Below are positions 25,165-26,889 of a DNA stretch of 26,889 nt, piece after piece. The stretch lies in the NCBI GenBank assembly GCA_040216475.1, contig JAVJPD010000182.1, positions 1 through 26,889 of the forward strand, given 5' to 3'. Each line of letters begins with the position of its first letter. The stretch's first letter is position 1. Source of the DNA: Rhodospirillales bacterium (GTDB lineage Bacteria > Pseudomonadota > Alphaproteobacteria > Rhodospirillales > CALINB01). Under the pieces are notes generated by a model. The model did no database searches, was not told the DNA's origin, and saw nothing but the letters and a program-made list of their open reading frames with translations. Both the position numbers and the translations under genes were made by a program.

Positions 25165-26456
25165 TGAAATATCCTTCTCAACAGGCGGAACGGAAAGGAC
25201 ACGGCTTCCCTCAGAGCCGTTTGCAACACAACGAAGCTGATACGAAAGAGTCCCCGGCCGCGATAGTCGTACAATGACCGGACAGCTTCCGGAGTCGTCT
25301 CCGCGATGTGCAGCATAAAACGAAGACGCCGCTGCAATTCATTCCCGCCTTTTTTTCCCGGAAACGGCTCGATGAAAGCCATCAGGGCCGGCCACCTTTT
25401 CACCATAGCAGGAAGAACCAACGGACGGGGATCGCCAATGGCAGTCAATGCTCGGACGTAGCGTTTCAAAAACCGGCAAGAAGGCTCCGCCCGAAAACCG
25501 TATTTGAAAAGTATCCGACCTTCTTCGATCAGCGGACGCGGTTTTCTCTTCATGTCATCATGCAAAGCGCATGTAAATGGTTTTAAATTCAAGCCAAGAA
25601 AGTTCATATCCGATTGGCTTGGGAGTGTTTTAAGGCCGGCAAGCCCCAAGATGCGTTGTTCCAGTCGGGCGGGGAAGAACGGCAGTACGCCCGCAACTTT
25701 AACCGCTGTCAAAGCAAGCCATAGCGGGATCGGAATAATCTTCAATGATTTCCCGTATCGATAGCGGGCAATCTCCCGCAGGCACACGCAAAAAGGAACA
25801 GGTTCATCGGCCCCGAACGCCATCATAGGTTTGGTGCCATCATGAGTTGTCGCCAACCGAATAAGTCCAGTAATCGTTTCATCGATATGAATCGGCTGCA
25901 CCAACGTTCCCGGCTGAACCATGGGTAAAATCGGCGTCCGGCCGACCAAGTCGCAAAGTGTTCCCCACAAGCCTCGTTCGGCACCGCCATAGACCATGCC
26001 GATTCGCACGGCGATTTCTCCCGGCCCGAAGAGTAATTCTTCGATACGGGCCTTTACCCGCCCATAACGATTAAGGGCATCGTGACGGGCCGACATCGAA
26101 GAGGCAAAAATGAACTTTGCGATGCCGCATGACCGAGATAGGGCAAGCAACTCTTGCGTAGCTTGGTAATTCTCATCAATTTCTTCACATGAATTCGACT
26201 GCCACTTATGCGCAAGATGAATAACGGCAATGGGCTTGCCGAAACGCGCAGAGACCGCAAATGCCTCTGCCGGGGGCCGGGCGGTCAAATCCCATTCAAT
26301 CAATCGAAAGTGAGGGTGGCCGGAACCATTTCCACGGGAGCGCCCGAGCGCCGTTACGTAAAAACCCTGCTGCAATAACACCTCAACCAAGGATGCACCG
26401 ATATAACCGGAGGCACCTGTCACAACGATGTGTTGTGTCGGGTTTTCTAGAGGCAT
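25161..26456 (-). CDS. NAD-dependent epimerase/dehydratase (extended SDR) with C-terminal extension
   Basis: VVTGASGYIG, VIHLA, FIFASS, YGRVK (YxxxK), RIGMVYG, QPIHIDE, plus about 120 extra C-terminal residues. Confidence 0.8.
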   Translation of the reverse strand: MPLENPTQHIVVTGASGYIGASLVEVLLQQGFYVTALGRSRGNGSGHPHFRLIEWDLTARPPAEAFAVSARFGKPIAVIHLAHKWQSNSCEEIDENYQATQELLALSRSCGIAKFIFASSMSARHDALNRYGRVKARIEELLFGPGEIAVRIGMVYGGAERGLWGTLCDLVGRTPILPMVQPGTLVQPIHIDETITGLIRLATTHDGTKPMMAFGADEPVPFCVCLREIARYRYGKSLKIIPIPLWLALTAVKVAGVLPFFPARLEQRILGLAGLKTLPSQSDMNFLGLNLKPFTCALHDDMKRKPRPLIEEGRILFKYGFRAEPSCRFLKRYVRALTAIGDPRPLVLPAMVKRWPALMAFIEPFPGKKGGNELQRRLRFMLHIAETTPEAVRSLYDYRGRGLFRISFVVLQTALREAVSFPFRLLRRIFQ

Positions 26457-26608
26457 AATTCAGCTAAAAGCGTTCAATAAATGGCAAAAAAGTCGGCGTT
26501 TTTTAAGTGAATTTCTCGGAACGATGAATTATACCTAACGTTCGGCACATCAACACCAACAAATATCTTTTCCCCTGTCCGTCTTTCATTCGGTCGCTCC
26601 GCCGTCAA

Positions 26609-26889
26609 ATGCTCGAAATCCTACTCATTTTTTTTCCCGTAATGATTGGGCTGGGTGCTTTCACCCGACTCCCCGGCACAGGGCTGCGCTTTGCCGTCGG
26701 CGCGTTTACGATACCGCTTTTCCTGTTTATCGGAAATGGCCTCCTGTTCATACCGATCAGCTGGTTATCTTGGACGATCATCGCCATCGGTTCTTTCGGA
26801 CTGTTGATCCAGATTCGCGAGTGGCGCATAACCGGTGGCCTACGGGAATATTTACCGCATCCGGTCTTCGTTTTTCCAATCGTTCTGAT
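26609..26889 (+). CDS. Multi-pass membrane protein, N-terminal part, truncated by the window edge
   Basis: Own translation from ATG 26609: MLEILLIFFPVMIGLGAFTRLPGTGLRFAVGAFTIPLFLFIGNGLLFIPISWLSWTIIAIGSFGLLIQIREW..., open to the end. Absent from the ORF track because it has no stop. Confidence 0.6.
   Translation, partial: MLEILLIFFPVMIGLGAFTRLPGTGLRFAVGAFTIPLFLFIGNGLLFIPISWLSWTIIAIGSFGLLIQIREWRITGGLREYLPHPVFVFPIVL

Noticed and set aside
1-26889. Mobile elements, tRNA or rRNA genes, known riboswitches
   Set aside because: No transposase, integrase, terminal repeats, cloverleaf or rRNA signatures were recognised by eye. tRNAscan-SE, Infernal and ISEScan would be needed to exclude them formally.

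Overview
A GC-rich bacterial chromosomal window, most likely from an alphaproteobacterium (inferred from the NDUFA9-like SDR, MarR and M17 aminopeptidase neighbourhood and from promoter style). It has four blocks. (1) Housekeeping genes at 160-3102: complex I NDUFA9-family SDR, MarR regulator, leucyl aminopeptidase. (2) An arsenic operon arsR-arsI-arsC-aqpS followed by an alpha/beta hydrolase, with an ABC ATPase/permease pair upstream (3220-8534). (3) A ~13.7 kb catabolic region with no regulator gene (9098-22814). It encodes a tripartite tricarboxylate transporter (tctB, tctA, three tandem tctC genes that all carry an unusual CxxxC loop), two D-2-hydroxyacid dehydrogenases, an SDR lacking the catalytic Tyr, an enolase-superfamily dehydratase and a TauD-family dioxygenase. 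Divergent from the dioxygenase is an operon of ComA-like, MmgE/PrpD-like and isochorismatase-like genes, each with remodelled active-site motifs. (4) A lower-GC tail (22811-end) resembling a cell-surface glycan modification locus. Block 3 is the best candidate for an undescribed system, possibly an organosulfonate or polycarboxylate pathway; its substrate cannot be read from sequence. I saw no rRNA, tRNA, CRISPR array, integrase or transposase. All family assignments are motif recognition by eye, and consensus motifs are quoted from memory, not from database searches.
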